Shown: positions 14,321 to 28,840 of the stretch, one piece after another
Layout: each line of letters starts with the position of its first letter
How positions within the stretch are numbered: the first letter of the stretch is position 1
Source of the DNA: Octopus bimaculoides
Lineage: Eukaryota
Assembly: GCF_001194135.2 (NCBI RefSeq)
Contig: NC_068991.1
Coordinates: 72,613,673 to 72,677,672, forward strand
Length of the DNA: 64,000 bases
Direction: 5' to 3'
Program-made: the position numbers and the translations under genes
Notes under the pieces: model-generated
Seen by the model: only the letters and a program-made list of their open reading frames with translations
What the model was told of the DNA's origin: nothing
The model's database searches: none

Positions 14321-15000
14321 TATATATATAAATAATTATAAGTTCACACATGCATATACTGTAGAGGATGACCAAATAAATTATCTATCTATATATATAT
14401 ATACACATATACATATATATATACATACATATACACACACACAAACATATATATATATTTATATAAATCTATGCGCATACACAACACACATGTATACTAC
14501 ATGTGAGTGTGATGTGTATATACATATATACATGTATATATCTATATATATATACACACACATATATATATATGTGTGTGTATGTATGTATATAAAGAAA
14601 GAAGACAAATGAGTTGGGGTTTACTACAGCTGTTTCGGGTGCATTTGTTATAGATGAATAAACCAATTACATCATGATAAAACCACTCACATACAAGTAT
14701 GATCTAGTGGCTTGGGCCACATTGTTACTAATAGTTCAGTGTCTATGTAGTCACAGGTGGACTTAAGCACCTTTTTGGCCCTACTTCCCTTGACCTTGTG
14801 GAACATTTAGGATTTGACAGTTCAGAAAGAGAATGCTGAACCAGCAATTGGCTGGTATTCATTTTCAGGCTGAGTAGAGATGAGCAGTGTGAACTGAAGA
14901 GATGTACTCAAAGACCTTGCATGTGACACCAGGTCCAGGAATTGAACTCTTTATCTCATGACCACGAGACCAACACACCTAACCGTTAGGCCACATGCAA

Positions 15001-15032
<32 letters not shown>

Positions 15033-15042
15033 GCATACATAC

Positions 15043-15094
<52 letters not shown>

Positions 15095-18000
15095 GCATCC
15101 TCATAATTATCATTATCATTTTAACATCCCCTTTTTCATGCTTGCATGGGTCAGGCAAAATTCCTTGAGGTAGATTCTCTATGGTTAGATGCCCCTTCTC
15201 TTGCCAGCCCTCACTTCTTTCCAAGCAAGTTAATATTTTCCTATTTCCTGACATGTTATCACTGACCATTGGAAATAAATAATGCAGCTTGTATGACTGA
15301 TTTATCCTTTAAAACTAATATGTGATGTCATAAGGAAGCATACACACACACACACGCATGCGCGCACGCACGCACACACACACACACACATATATACACA
15401 CACACTCCTTTACATATATATATATATATATAGGTATACACACAATCAGCTTCTCTCAGTTTCTATTTACCAAATCCACTCACAATGATTTGGTTGGCTT
15501 AGGGGGCTTTTGTAGAAGACTCATGTCTTGGATGCTACACAGTGGGACTGAACCTGGAACCATGTGGTTGGGAAGCAAAGTTTTCAACTATACAGCTATA
15601 CCTGCAGCTAGCTGGCTTGGGTTGAATGGTTCGACAAGCTTGAAGTGGTTGGAGGGCTGTGTCAAACTCCAATGTCTACTTTGAAATGGCTTCTATGGCT
15701 GGGTGCCCTTTCTAAAGCCAACCACTTTACAGAGTGTACTGGGTGCTCTTCCTGGCCCTAACACTAGTGAAGATCATCTCATAACAAGAATGAGGGTCCA
15801 AAGTGGTACTTGTAACAGGGAGGGAACACGAGAGAGAGATGGTGATGATTCTTATCTGGAACCAGAGAGGTTAAATAAGATGAAAGGAACACGAATAGGC
15901 TGTAGTCTACTCAGGCAGTAAGGATTCCATAATCTGCCCTTGTGTGTGAGTCAGCTGGGCCTAGGATAGTGATTGCAGCTTGTCAGTGGTCAGTGGTCAC
16001 ACAATCTCACTTGTAGCCCCAAACCATCAAAATAGTTGCTCCTATGTGATAACTATTGTGACTAATGTTTTCATATTTCATTGAATGATGACTGATCAGC
16101 TGACTAGCTATGCCACAACATATAGTGCCTGATACTATGAACTGGTGCTGCAGAATATACTATGCTGCAGCTTGTTATCAGTTCTGCACCAGCATCCTAT
16201 CAGCAACAAGTGGACTTGAAAATAAAGAAAATAACTGATATCATTTTATCACCCTGATAGCATTACAACCACATGATCTGAGCTGACCAATGGAAGTCTT
16301 ATCACCTAGAAACCATTTTGAATTTGTTTTAAAGTCTCTATTATATTCCATGAACATTTGACAAGGTGGATGTGTCCTGCACCCAAGAAACTTCAAGTAA
16401 TGTGGAGTTGAAACAAACAGTTACATGCACACACACATATATACATATACATACACACACTCTCACACACATGCACACACACTCATATGATATATATATT
16501 TATGTATACACACATTCATAAGTTTATCACCTGATTTCATTATGATTTTTGAAATCTCTCTCTCTGTCTATAAGCTTGTGCGTATATGTGTATGTATGTA
16601 TATATGTATATACATACATACATACATGCATACATAAATATATATATATATGTATGTATACACACATACACACTCATATAATATATATATTTATGTATAC
16701 ACACATCCACACTTTCATAAGTTTGTCAGTTGATTTCATTATGATCTTTAAAATCTCCGCCCTCTCTCTCTCTCTCTCTCTCTCTGTCTACATGCTTGTG
16801 TATATGTATGTACATATGTATATACATATATACATACATAAATATATATATATATGTATACACACACACACACACACACACACACATGTGTACGTGTGTG
16901 TGTGTATTGTACTCTTTGGTCATTACCTGTCACTTTTGCATTAAAATCTAAAACAAGAAACTCAGTTTTTTTTCCTTAGAATCACTCAATAAAGAAGCTT
17001 CAGTTGTTATTTACAAAATATCACTTGAAGCCTAGAATAGTATTTGAATCTTAGAAGATGAATGATTAATAGAGCATCAGGCAGAAAGCTTTGTGGTATT
17101 TAGTTATATCCCTTTGTGTTTTTCTTTTCTTCTTTTAGTTTCGTTCAAATTCTGATATGGTTGATTTTACTGTCTAGCATCAATGCTGAAGATAAAATTA
17201 CCAGTGAAGTACCGTGGTTGATCTTATCGACTGTGTATTTCCCTCAGAAATGTGTGGCTATGTGTTTACATATTCCCAGTTTACAAATAAATAATTATTT
17301 TGTTTGTTATTTCATTAGGCTTTTAGATATTACAGATATCAAATATTTTTTACGACATATGTTTCACATTAAATTAATGAAAAACACCTTTTCTTTTTCT
17401 TAGCTAAATAGAATTCATAGAGAAAATATAATATATAAGGAATTATATTTTATCGGTACAATTAAAACAGGGTTTTAAACTCTGGTTTAAATTTTAATAA
17501 ATGCAATAAATTCTTGTGTTAATGGATTTTGGATTTAACGGACTGGATAATAATTATACAAATCTGTGCTACCACTATTGTTTCAGCAAAATACACAACT
17601 ACTCTGTCAAAAAATGAAATAAAAATTACATATTTTTTGTTGCAATTTAATAGAAAAGTGTTGTATAATTTAATGATTTAGTGTATATATATATTGTATC
17701 AAATAATGTATATTGTATTAAAGGCTTTTTTTACATCAAAAGCATTAAAAAATGGCCCCTATGTTAACTTCAATTTAATGGACATATGGTATCAATGAAA
17801 GCACTTTCTTCCCTATTCAATCCATTAAATTGAGAGTTTACTGTGTTGATGATTGTTAGTTATGCATAGATACACTTCTGTATAGAACTGCCAAAAAATT
17901 AGTTCCTTAGAAACACCCTGAAACTAGTAAAGAAACTGATTGGTAATTTGTTCAATTTTAAATTGCGATTCACTAAAATACTGTTGTTATGAAAATATTG

Positions 18001-18260
18001 AAAACATTCTTTTATTCTTTTACTTGTTTCAGTCATTTGACTGCAGCCATGCTGGAGCACTACCTTTGTTTAATTTTATTTTTATAATTTTTAAGTTTTA
18101 ACCCAACAGTGGTGTAAGCAGTAACTGTTCCAACTCCGTTTGTAACTTAACTGATGAAAGAAATCTTTAGGTTTGTGTGTTTAATATTATTTGATTTGTG
18201 TGTTGGTTTTTGGTGCAACGTATGGTGTTATACATTAACAATTTGGTCTTTGATGTTTAG

Positions 18261-18326
18261 ATAATCCTGCTGGATTATCTCACACAGCATATGGTTCCTT
18301 CTAACAAACTGACCACAAAATACCAG
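18261..18326 (+). CDS. Candidate coding exon of an unidentified gene
   Basis: ctttgatgtttag|ATA...CAG|gttatt, 66 nt. Phase 0 gives IILLDYLTQHMVPSNKLTTKYQ; phase 1 would give a terminal DNPAGLSHTAYGSF*. Confidence 0.4.
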
Positions 18327-18864
18327 GTTATTTATTTCTTGTGATTTAAATAATCCATTCTTGTCACAAAGTAACAGATTTTTAAGTCAACTAATAGACA
18401 CACACACACACACACATACACATTTTCAAAGCAAGAGATTTATCTTGCTGTGAAAAATATAGTAGTATAACTGTTTCAAATTTGCAGTGGAGTTCTGTGT
18501 ACAATCATTATTCTTTATTTTAATTTTAGCCATAAAGTACAACGTTGGTTTTTGAAGTTGGTTCACTATATAATATCATCCTTGTGAAAAAGATATTCTA
18601 ACAGTCCATATTAGTAAAACAAAACAAGAGCTTATGTAAGAAACGGTATCATGTAACATGTGAGGTGATAAAAATAAATATATTTAAATATTTTTCGTTC
18701 TGTAAATTGAACCTAAGTTTGTTTAAGTAAATGTTAAAGCTTCAGTTCTTGTTGTACAAGATGAATAATTATATTTATTCAAATGGTTTAAACATCAAGA
18801 AAGAGAGGGAGAGAATGAGAGAGAGAGAGATATGTGGGAGACAGGAAAAGAGAAAGAGTAAGGA

Positions 18865-18942
<78 letters not shown>

Positions 18943-19466
18943 ACATTAAAAATCTCCTTTCTAATATTATTCCAGCTGAAGATTAAACTTATAATTTCTC
19001 TTAGGTATTATGGGTTTGTGTATATTCCCGTGTGTGTATGTGTGTGTGTGTGCATACACACAGACACACACACACACACACACACTCATATATATGCATT
19101 TATATACACATACATATGTTTGTATGAGTTCGTGCATGTATGTATATATATATGTATGTACATTTGTGTATCACTAATTATCAAAAACTGATTTACAATG
19201 AAAATTTGGCAAACTCACAAATATTCTATCAGAGAAGAGTTGATATTAAAAGCAGGAATGTAATATATGATAATGACAGTAGTTATGATTATCATAATTA
19301 TTACAATGATTAACAGCATCAAGTTGTTTTTTCTATTTTCTAATGAAAATAGACATTTCTTATAAAACTAACACCTTAGGATGAAATGAGAAAACATCAC
19401 CATTTAAATATCTGTGTTCATTCTAAATTATCATAACATCAAAACAGAAATGTATTAATATCATAA

Positions 19467-19499
<33 letters not shown>

Positions 19500-21110
19500 C
19501 TTTAGGAAATATGTAGTTATCTATTTATTGGGACTATATAACCAAATAGTTAAGAAGTTCTCTTCATAACCAGAAGATCCTGGGTTTGAACTCACTCTAT
19601 AACATCATGAGCAAATATAATTTTTTTATAGCCTTGGTTTGACCAATACCTTGTGAGTGAAACCAGGTAAATGGAAACTGTACAGAAACCTGTCTAGTGG
19701 ATTTTGCAGCCTTGTCACACACCGTGTCATGCTGTTTCTACTTCAGAATTACATTAAAGGTATATGTAATGTATGTATCGGGAATGCTCATTCACATATA
19801 TGTTAATTCAAGTGCAGGTAATTCAATTGAGCAATGGCAATCTGTTACCACGACCATGACCACCACCACCATAACCACAGTTATATATCTGTTGTATGTA
19901 TAATTGTAGTGGAGAAATGAATTTATTGTCAGTAGTTAGTAATTATGAAGATATCGTTAAGGTGAACATAAATAGCTCTGAAACATTGTTTTATTTAACA
20001 TAGATTTTCTAGTTAAATACATTTCAAAGTGAACCATATATTAAATATACACCTCTTCAACATCCAACAAATTAAAAAGTAAAAGAAAATTGAATGATCT
20101 TTAATACTTATATATTTTTATTTTCACATATTTGTTTTCAGTCTGTACTGAACTGTAATTTACTAAAGATCTACAAAACCATTTTTATAAAAGGGTGTCA
20201 TTTTGACTTTAATTTGAGAACATTTATTCAAAATGCCACCAAAGAGTAATTATTGTAAAGTTTTTTTTAAAAGTAATTTCTATTTTAAAAGAAACTACAT
20301 CATTTAATTATACAAAGCTGTTAAATTCATGGTTAAATATAAATTTATTTCAAGGGTTACCGAAAGCTTTGTCATGTGACTGCAACTTGGTCACTGATGA
20401 AAATTTTCACCCCTCTTTTTCCTCATCATTTTAAGGTCCACTTTTCCAAGCTTGCATGGGTCACTTTTCCAGGCTTACTTGTTGAGGCAGATTTTCTATG
20501 GCTGGTTGCCCTTCCTGTTGCTAAGCCTCACCTGTTTTCAGGTAGGGGAATATTTCCCCATTGGCCTGATGTGTTTTCACAAAAGATTGGAAACAAATGA
20601 CAGTGATGTTCGTTTGAAACCATCACATGATGTCATGATGAGGACATGCATATACACATACACACACATTTTTATATAAAGATGTACAGCTGGCTTCTTT
20701 CAGTTTCCATTTTCCAAATACTCTCACAAAGCTTTGGTTAGCCCAGAGCTATTGTAGAAGACACTTGCCCAAGGTGCCATGCAGCATAAGTGAACCTGAA
20801 ACTATGTGGTTGGGAAGCAAACTTCATAACTACACAGCCATACTTGCGCCTATTGAAATAAATTTAGATTCAAAGCTGTATGTTATATCAAATAGCTGTT
20901 TTATGATGTAGTTGCTTCTGTTTCAACATACTGTCTCAGATCAGGTCAAGTCACTTGCTAGACAGGTACAGCTCTGAAATTGTTTTTACAGCTATGATAA
21001 AAATATATTTTCTTTCCTTCTTTGGATTTGAATAATCCAATATAAGATGTATTTTATTTCAAATCTTTGAAAATTTAATTTAATTTTATTTCTTTTTCTA
21101 TTTTGGAAAG

Positions 21111-21155
21111 ATTGTGTCCTTTCCAACTTACTCCATGACTAATGGGAACAAATGA
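21111..21155 (+). CDS. Candidate terminal coding exon
   Basis: Long polypyrimidine tract ending ttttggaaag| (weak AAG acceptor). Phase 0 gives IVSFPTYSMTNGNK*, compatible with 18261-18326. An AT-rich UTR-like tract follows. Confidence 0.3.
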   Translation: MVSFPTYSMTNGNK

Positions 21156-21831
21156 TTAAAATAAAGAATAGTTATTACTTGACTTAAAAAAAGATGTGTG
21201 TCAACCATGTACACAAGAAATACTTAAAAAAATTTAAGTGACAGATTTACATTGAAAATAAAAAAGAAAAAGAAAAGCTTTCAGCTAAGAAGATACGACT
21301 AGGATTCTGTGATACGCAAACATACAAACAACTATGTATGTATGCATGAGAATATGAGTATCTCTTAAAAATTATATAATTATTATGTTAGATCTATGTT
21401 CAACCTCATTGCTTCAAGGTTGTCTTGTCGCAGTGCAGTATCATATTACACTAAACCTGCTGTTGCGAGTTATAAGTTGTTCACCTTTTTTATGTATATC
21501 TATTGGAAGATGAAAGCACAATTGTATTTATATATCCTAAGTTTTCGGTTAATTTTCAGTGAATTCCTTTCTCAAATGCTAATAGAGTTATTAGATTGAC
21601 AAATAAAATGAAAGTGAATGAATTATTTATGTAATTAATATAACTTTGTAATTTATAAACTTTATACATGGTTAATTTATGGTTATATTTCTTACATAGA
21701 TTTACAATTGTGTCTTCTGTTCGACCAAACAATTATCTTTAACAATTACCTTATTGAAATCTCCATCTGCACACATATATTATTTGTGTTCCTCAATGAT
21801 AGTTGAAGTCAGGAATAAATTATTATTATTA

Positions 21832-21877
<46 letters not shown>

Positions 21878-23785
21878 GATTATTATTATCATTATTATAT
21901 GAGCCACTTTTAGGAATATTGTGTTGGAAGATTGGATACATTTTTGTGTGATCTGATAAGTGAGCATGAAAGATGTTTACGAATGAATTCAGAACATTTT
22001 TCGTTTATTTTTTATTGTAACATTGCTAATGCTTTCTACTTGTTTTAAATGCCATGAATAATGGTAGAGTGATTTCTCTCAAGTTTAAACAAAACAAAAC
22101 AAAACAAAACAACAACAAAAAAAAACAAAAACAAAGTAAAAAAGAATCAGAAAACTGTTTGTAAGAAAGGGCTAAGGCAAAAAAAAAAAAAAAAAAACTT
22201 TCTTGCCATTTCCACCAACTTTGCCACAGACTGATAGCATTTGTGCCAATGTTTGGAGTATGAGCCTTTAATTTGATTATTTCTTTTATTTTTTTTATTT
22301 TTAAACGAATATTTTGAAGACCTCAGATACTAATTTCTTGTTCTGTGTTCAGTCTTAAAAAAAAAGCAACAACAAAAACTTATGTCAACAGTAAAAGACC
22401 CAACTTAAAGGGCAAATGTTATTATGGTAACACATTTTATCATTTTTTTTTTATTTGTAATTATTTATCGATTTATTCATTTATTTATTCCTTGTCAAGC
22501 AATAAGTTTTTTCTCTTTTCTTTGTTTATAAGAAAAACCTCAAACAAGTTGGCAAACCACATTTTTCTAATTTTTCATTTTTTTATTTTTGAGATTTACT
22601 TCTTTTGAGGAAGTGTTAGAATGTCGTTCCCCCATTAAATAGAATTTATTTGTGGGCAGCTGAATAACTTCTGTAATTACTTTCATTTTCTATTATTTAT
22701 TTTTTTGTGCCTAAAGCTAACGATTATATCACATAGTGTCCTTTGTCTTACTCATTAAATGTTTTCGCCTCAAATTACCGATTCTCTAAAATGTATTTCT
22801 TTTAATCAGAAGATTACAAAAGTGAAACAACAACCTATCAATAAACTGTACATCATTGCAAACATAAATTAGCAATTAGCTCTAAAAAAAATTAGACAAA
22901 CAGTCTATGCATTTTGTATCTGCGTTGGCTAATTCACTCGTTATGATTACAACATCATATGCTTTTGAATGTTTATCTTATCCCATTCAATATTTCTGTG
23001 ATATCATTGTTGTTTTCTGTTCTATTAATCCATACATGCTAGAAACTATCTAGAAGTTAGTTTATTGCATATACCTGTAATATATATTATATATATATAT
23101 ATATAAATAAATAATCAAAATAAAATAAAAAATAAATAAACAATTTAAAAAAAAACAACAACAAATTACTCCAAAATTGGTTTATCTTAGATGATGTAGT
23201 GAGCTTTCTGGATGCTTCAGTGATGGTAAATGGAACATAAATATATTAGAAAAATGGAAATTTCATTAAATTCCTGCTCTTCTGTTATGAAATCAAATAA
23301 GAAACATATAAATGACAATGGAAAAACATAAATTTGAATTTTCCTCCATGATTGGAAAAATCTTTGAATAATCTATTAAGAAATCTGAATATTTAATATT
23401 TATTGTCTTTGAATGATTTTTTTTTTCTTTGTAGAAAATCAAATTAATGAGAGTAGTAAATAACTTATATTAATTTCAAGTGATCCGTATTGATTTTGTT
23501 TGCCATTTCATATTTCAGATAAATTATCATCAATAAATTCTTTTTTTTATATTTGTGTAAAAATCAATGTAAAGGTGAAATCTTGAACAGTATCATCTAT
23601 GTTCTCTCAACATGGAACTCTCTCACTTACATTATACTTGCCTTTAGAAAGGCATGAACATTACAACATCCAGTCACCTAATGAATAGAAAAGGTTTTCA
23701 AACCAAATATTTCCCAATTAAATTGGTAAAAGAAGATCAAGGACAATCAACTATATTACTTTTATTATTATCATTATTATTATTA

Positions 23786-23824
<39 letters not shown>

Positions 23825-25100
23825 GAACAGTGATGGATTGGTAGAATTGTTCCTGCTCCTGGCATTCTGAGTTCCGATCCTATCAAGGTCTAGTTTGCCT
23901 TTTATAAAATGAAGTACCAGTTAAGTGCTGGAGTTGATGGTATTGACTAAGCCATTTCCCTTAAAATTGCTGGCCTTGTGCCTAAATTAGAAACCATTAT
24001 TATAATTTTCTTTTCTTTGCTTAAGAGAAATGGTTTAATATTTTGTTTCTTTTAGTTTTCATATATAAAAAAAAAATTATAATGAAATAGGATTAAAAAT
24101 GTTTTTAATCTTGGGCTGGTTGGTAGAATTGATCCATTGCCTGGTTTTTAACATTACCATCTGGCCCTTGAATACCTTTAGTGGAGTCCTCCTACCTGTC
24201 TCAGAAGCCCTGAAAAGGATCATGTGCACTGACCTTCTTCCTTTAACTAAACCCCTTTCTATGAAAACCTCTCATAAAAGACCCTCAAAACAAATTAAGG
24301 ACACTATGTGATATGTTAATCTTTTAGAGACAAATTGATTTGAGCTATTTTCTGCTCAAAATTGTCTCAATGCTATTTATTGCTAGCCTGGCTCTTTTCC
24401 CATTCATTTAAGCACTCATGTATGATAAAATTATACACAAAGTTGGCCATCACCTTTTCACCTTATTTTATTTTATTTCATTTTTATTCGCTATAAATAA
24501 GTAAAACAATTTGAAACAACCATCAACCCAGATGATAAGGCATAATTCTTAAGCTAACGAAAAAGGTTCATAAGCAAATATATATATATACATATATATA
24601 GAAAGTAAATTGCAATTTGTATTGTGAAAGGAAAATCTTACCATGTAAGGCCTTTCACAGTCATTTTATTTATATATATATATATTTTGGCATCATTTTC
24701 GGTTGTGTGAGGCTGAAAAATGACATCTTGAGAAATAAATCAATTATACCATATTTTGAAAAAAATTTTTAAAGATTTATTATATTCTACACTTCTCTCA
24801 TTTTAATTGGCCAAAAAACAAAACAAAAATACTCCCCCCTCAAGATAACAACCCTGTTCTTTGTATATATTTCTTTTGATTTTTTTAGCCTTCTCATTTA
24901 TTTTTCCTTTTCAAATGTTGTCATAAGTTTGAGATTCATGATTTTTACTTCATTTAGCGTTGACTTTTTTTTTTTTTTCCTGATATCCAAGATTAACTGT
25001 GTAATTGTTGAAAGGGCTATTGTTGCTGAAGTGTGAGAAATGTACAGAAAAAAAAAATTTCAAAAAACCTGCAATGAATAAATGATTCTTTGAATCTGGT
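21156..25100 (+). other. Putative long 3' UTR or gene-terminal region
   Basis: Very AT-rich, with homopolymer runs, several AATAAA and fewer SINEs than the flanks; follows the candidate stop codon. Inference only. Confidence 0.25.
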
Positions 25101-25364
25101 CTCAATTGTCTGATTCTAACAAAGTTTAAATTATTTTATTTAATTAGTTTCAGAATTTCAGAAGACTCCTGTGGCACCAAAAAACCATGTCGCCTGGTGG
25201 CTAAAGTATTGTATTCATGATCACTAGATTGTGGTTTCTATTCCTGGATATTCCATTGTGCTCTTTTGTAAAACACTTCATTTCACATAGATTCCATTCA
25301 TTGAGCAGTAAATGAGAAACCCTATGACAGAGGGAATGTTCTGATTTTGCTCCCTTACACTCTC

Positions 25365-25792
25365 TTTTCTACTCTAGGCACAAGGCCCAACGTTTTTGGG
25401 GAGAGGACCAGTCGATCAAGTACACAATTTGTACTTAATGTCTCAACCTCGAAAGGATGAAAGGCAAAGTCGACCTTGATGAAATGTGAACTCAGAACAC
25501 AAAGACAGATGAAGTAACGCTAAGCATTTTGCTTGGCGTGCTAACATTTCTTATTTCTTTACTGCCCACAAGAGGCTACACACAGAGGGGACAAACAAAG
25601 ATAGACAAAGGGATTAAGTCGATTACATCGACCCCAGTGCATAACTGGTACTTAATTTTTCGACCCCAAAAGGATGAAAGGCAAAGTCGACCTCGGCGGA
25701 ATTTGAACTCAGAACATAAAGACAGACGAAATACCGCTAAGCATTTCGCCCGGCGTGCTAACGTTTCTGCCTGCTCACCGCCTTGCTCCCTT
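25365..25792 (-). mobile_element. Two adjacent SINE family B copies
   Basis: The core gaaaggatgaaaggcaaagtcgacct occurs twice in the same orientation. Confidence 0.85.
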
Positions 25793-25989
25793 GCATTCTA
25801 TAGAAACCAGGTAACCAGCCCTATAAGGCCTAGAAACTCTAGACAGTAGTTATTGTGACAAAAATTGCAAATTAATATTACCATATTTGATGGTATAAAA
25901 GATGTGCAGGCATATAGGCACAAGTGTGACTGTGTGGTAAGAAAGCTGCTTCCCAAACACACGGTTCCAGGTTCAGTCCCACTGTATGG

Positions 25990-26902
25990 CACCTTGGGCA
26001 AGTGTCTTCTGCCTGGGTTGACTTTGGGAATGAGTTTGATAGACACGTAAAGTGTGTGGAAATCTGTCTCGTATGTGTGTATGTATGTATTATGTGTGTA
26101 TATGTGTGTGTCTTAATGTTTGTAATTACCACCATCGCTTGTGTGCCTTTTCTTACTATAGCAGTTTGGCAAACGAGAACCGATAAAATAAATACCAAAC
26201 ATTATGAAACATTAAGTACTGGGGTTTATTTGTTGGACTAAATCCTTCAAGGCGTGCTCCAGCATGACCACAGCCCAATGCTGAAACAAGCAGAAGATAA
26301 AAGGTTTAATTAAATGAAGAACTCAAATTTTCTTTTAATTTCAATTAATTACGGTAAATATTTCTTTTGGTCAAGTCAATAAAACGTTTCTGGTAATCTT
26401 ATTGATTTCCTGGTTCGTGCCAATATCATCGATTTCCTGGTTCAATTTCTATCGAACCCAACATGATTTGAACTCAAAACCAACCAGACCAGAATTTTCA
26501 CAATGTTCAATCCATTTATGTCGTGCTAAGTTGCTTCTGGAAATTTACGAAAATGAATCCAGAGTAAAATAACGCTAAATTTATAAGGGAGATAACTCTG
26601 ATGTTACCAACGAATTGCAAGGGAGAAAACTCTCCTTTCAGATTTAAATGAAACTATAATTTCGTAAAACAAGTTTCCTTCAATTTGTTCATAAATGAAT
26701 CTAACAATACCATGTTAACTCTGTTGTATGAGATAGCAATTCCCCTACGTTCTCTAAANNNNNNNNNNNNNNNNNNNNNNNNNNNNNNNNNNNNNNNNNN
26801 NNNNNNNNNNATCAAAGGCAAAGTTAAACCTCGGAAGTGGGATTTCAACTCAAAATATTAAAAGACAATAACTAAATACCTCAAAGCAGTTTGTCTGGCA
26901 CT

Positions 26903-26944
<42 letters not shown>

Positions 26945-27031
26945 ATACCACTACCACCACCACCACCACCACCACCACCACCACTACTACTACTGCTGCT
27001 GCGACTGCTGCTGCTGCGACTGCTGCTGCTG

Positions 27032-27069
<38 letters not shown>

Positions 27070-27118
27070 GCTATTACCACAACCACCACCACCACCACCA
27101 CAACCACTACTACTACTA

Positions 27119-27175
<57 letters not shown>

Positions 27176-27452
27176 GTAATAGTAATAATAATAATAATCC
27201 TTTCTACTATAAGCACAAGGTCTAAAATTTAGAAGGAGGGAACTAGTCGATTATATTGGCCCCAGTGTATAACTGGTACTAAATTATTGACACTCTCCCC
27301 CGAAAGGAAGAAAGGCAAAGTCGACCACGGCGGTTCAGATTTTATACGGGGTGTATAAGACGACACCTAGTTTGGGGTGGGTGGGTGATGTTTTAAAGTT
27401 CAAATTCCATCCTGTACGCTGGTATATACGGTATACAAAATGAATTAAATGA
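25990..27452 (+). repeat. Left arm of large inverted duplication
   Basis: Reverse complement of ~29245-30575: SINE A, ~500 bp unique sequence, SINE B parts, trinucleotide tract and a Tc2-like mini-element. Confidence 0.9.
26905..27197. repeat. Compound trinucleotide microsatellite (CTA/CCA/CTG/TAA)
   Basis: Directly visible. It is one of many SSRs, including (AT)n, (CA)n, (GA)n, (TATG)n at 35370-35700, (GATA)n at 41150-41400 and (ATT)n at 21820, 23760 and 63565. Confidence 0.95.
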
Positions 27453-27782
27453 GACATCCCAACACGGTGACAACCACCATGGGGGGGNNNNNNNNNNCAT
27501 CCCAACACGGTGACAACCACCATGGGGGGGGGGGGTCTATCAAGGAAGCTCATAGACTCTGACTATTGAGAATATATGCTCTTTCCGAAGCAGTCTCAAT
27601 TTAAAAGTGTTAATGTTAATAGTAACCCAATCAAGCAGGCCGTTCTCTTCATTCTCAAGTCCTTTTCAGCAAATTCATGCAAGGACAGCATTTCCCCCTC
27701 CTTACCATTACCATCGCCTTGGTAATGAAGACTTGGCCAAAGAGGAAAGTGACCGTCCTCAAGTATTTTAGTCTTGATCTGC

Positions 27783-28165
27783 GTTAATTTCGGCATTTAG
27801 GTTAGACTTCGCCCCATCACTCAACGGCCTAAGCTTAATCCGGCACTAACGCTAGACTGCTCCCCCCTACGACCGACGTTCAATCTGGCACTTAGACTAC
27901 CTGCCCTCTTCCTCCAACCTACGTTTAATCCGGCTCTGAGGCTATACTTCCACCCTCCACGGCCTATGTTTAATCCGGCACTAACGCTAGACTGCCCTCT
28001 CCACGACCGACGTTCAATCTGGCACTTAGACTACCTGCCCTCTTCCACCAACCTACTTTTAATCCGGTACTTAGGCTAGACACCCAACCGCCACGGCCTA
28101 CGTTTAATCCGGCACTAACGCTAGACTGCCCCCTCCACGGCCGACGTTCAATCCTGCTCTTAGAA
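27783..28165 (+). repeat. GC-rich ~45-bp minisatellite with three-monomer higher-order period
   Basis: About 9 monomers starting gtt(t/c)aatc(c/t)ggcact; every third monomer is most similar (~134 bp period). Confidence 0.85.
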
Positions 28166-28503
28166 ATAACCCCTCCTCGGACGCTGCACAGTGTCAAGGA
28201 TCCTAATAATGCTATCGCGATTCAGGACCATTTACTGAAAGAGCCTGGGTTTCAGTTGATCACAGCTTTGTCATATTCTCCTCAAGGACCTATACAAAGT
28301 CAATGTAGGTATTTTCCAATGAAAACTGGATCTCTTCTTGTCGAGAACACCAGACGAACCTACCTCGAAGTAAGAGGTGAAATGAGGTTGCGACATCAAA
28401 CTCCCTTATTCACGAGATGCCACATACAAGAGGATGCTCTCAATAATAACAGTGTAGCATAATGGCGGTGCCCCAGCATGGACACAGTTTTGAGCTGAAG
28501 CTA

Positions 28504-28535
<32 letters not shown>

Positions 28536-28538
<3 letters not shown>

Positions 28539-28594
28539 GCAGGAGTGGCTGTGTGGTAAGTAGCTTGCTCACCAACCACATGGTTCCGGTACAC

Positions 28595-28630
<36 letters not shown>

Positions 28631-28840
28631 ATGTTTGTGTGTCTGTGTTTGTGCCCCTAACATTGCTTGACAACCGATGCTGGTGTGTTTACGTCCCCGT
28701 CACTTAGCGGTTCGGCAAATAGAGACCGATAGAATAAGTACTAGGCTTACAAAGAATAAGTCCCGGGGTTGATTTGCTCGACTAAAGGCGGTGCTCCAGC
28801 ATGGCCACAGTCAAATGACTGAAAAGAGTAAAAGAGTAAA
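28536..28840 (+). mobile_element. SINE family A with internal deletion
   Basis: Head and 3' half match 56023-56431; the core segment is missing. Confidence 0.85.

Noticed and set aside
17116-17403. Plus ORF with a strong polypyrimidine acceptor
   Set aside because: Sequence aligns with degraded SINE B (gttcaaattc..gataaaattaccag..gatcttatcgact).
23631-23677. Minus micro-exon VTGCCNVHAFLK with GC or GT donor
   Set aside because: Isolated, with no partner exon or recognisable homology.
24900-25050. Minus-strand exon-like segment TIALSTITQLILDIRKKKKK...
   Set aside because: It includes a 14-nt homopolymer in a low-complexity AT-rich tract and has no supporting partner exon.
27453-27535. Direct repeat catcccaacacggtgacaaccaccatggggggg
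   Set aside because: It flanks a 10-N gap at a G-run, so it is most likely a contig-overlap artefact.
27783-28165. CRISPR-like repeat-spacer appearance
   Set aside because: Whole monomers are homologous, there are no unique spacers or cas genes, and the context is eukaryotic.
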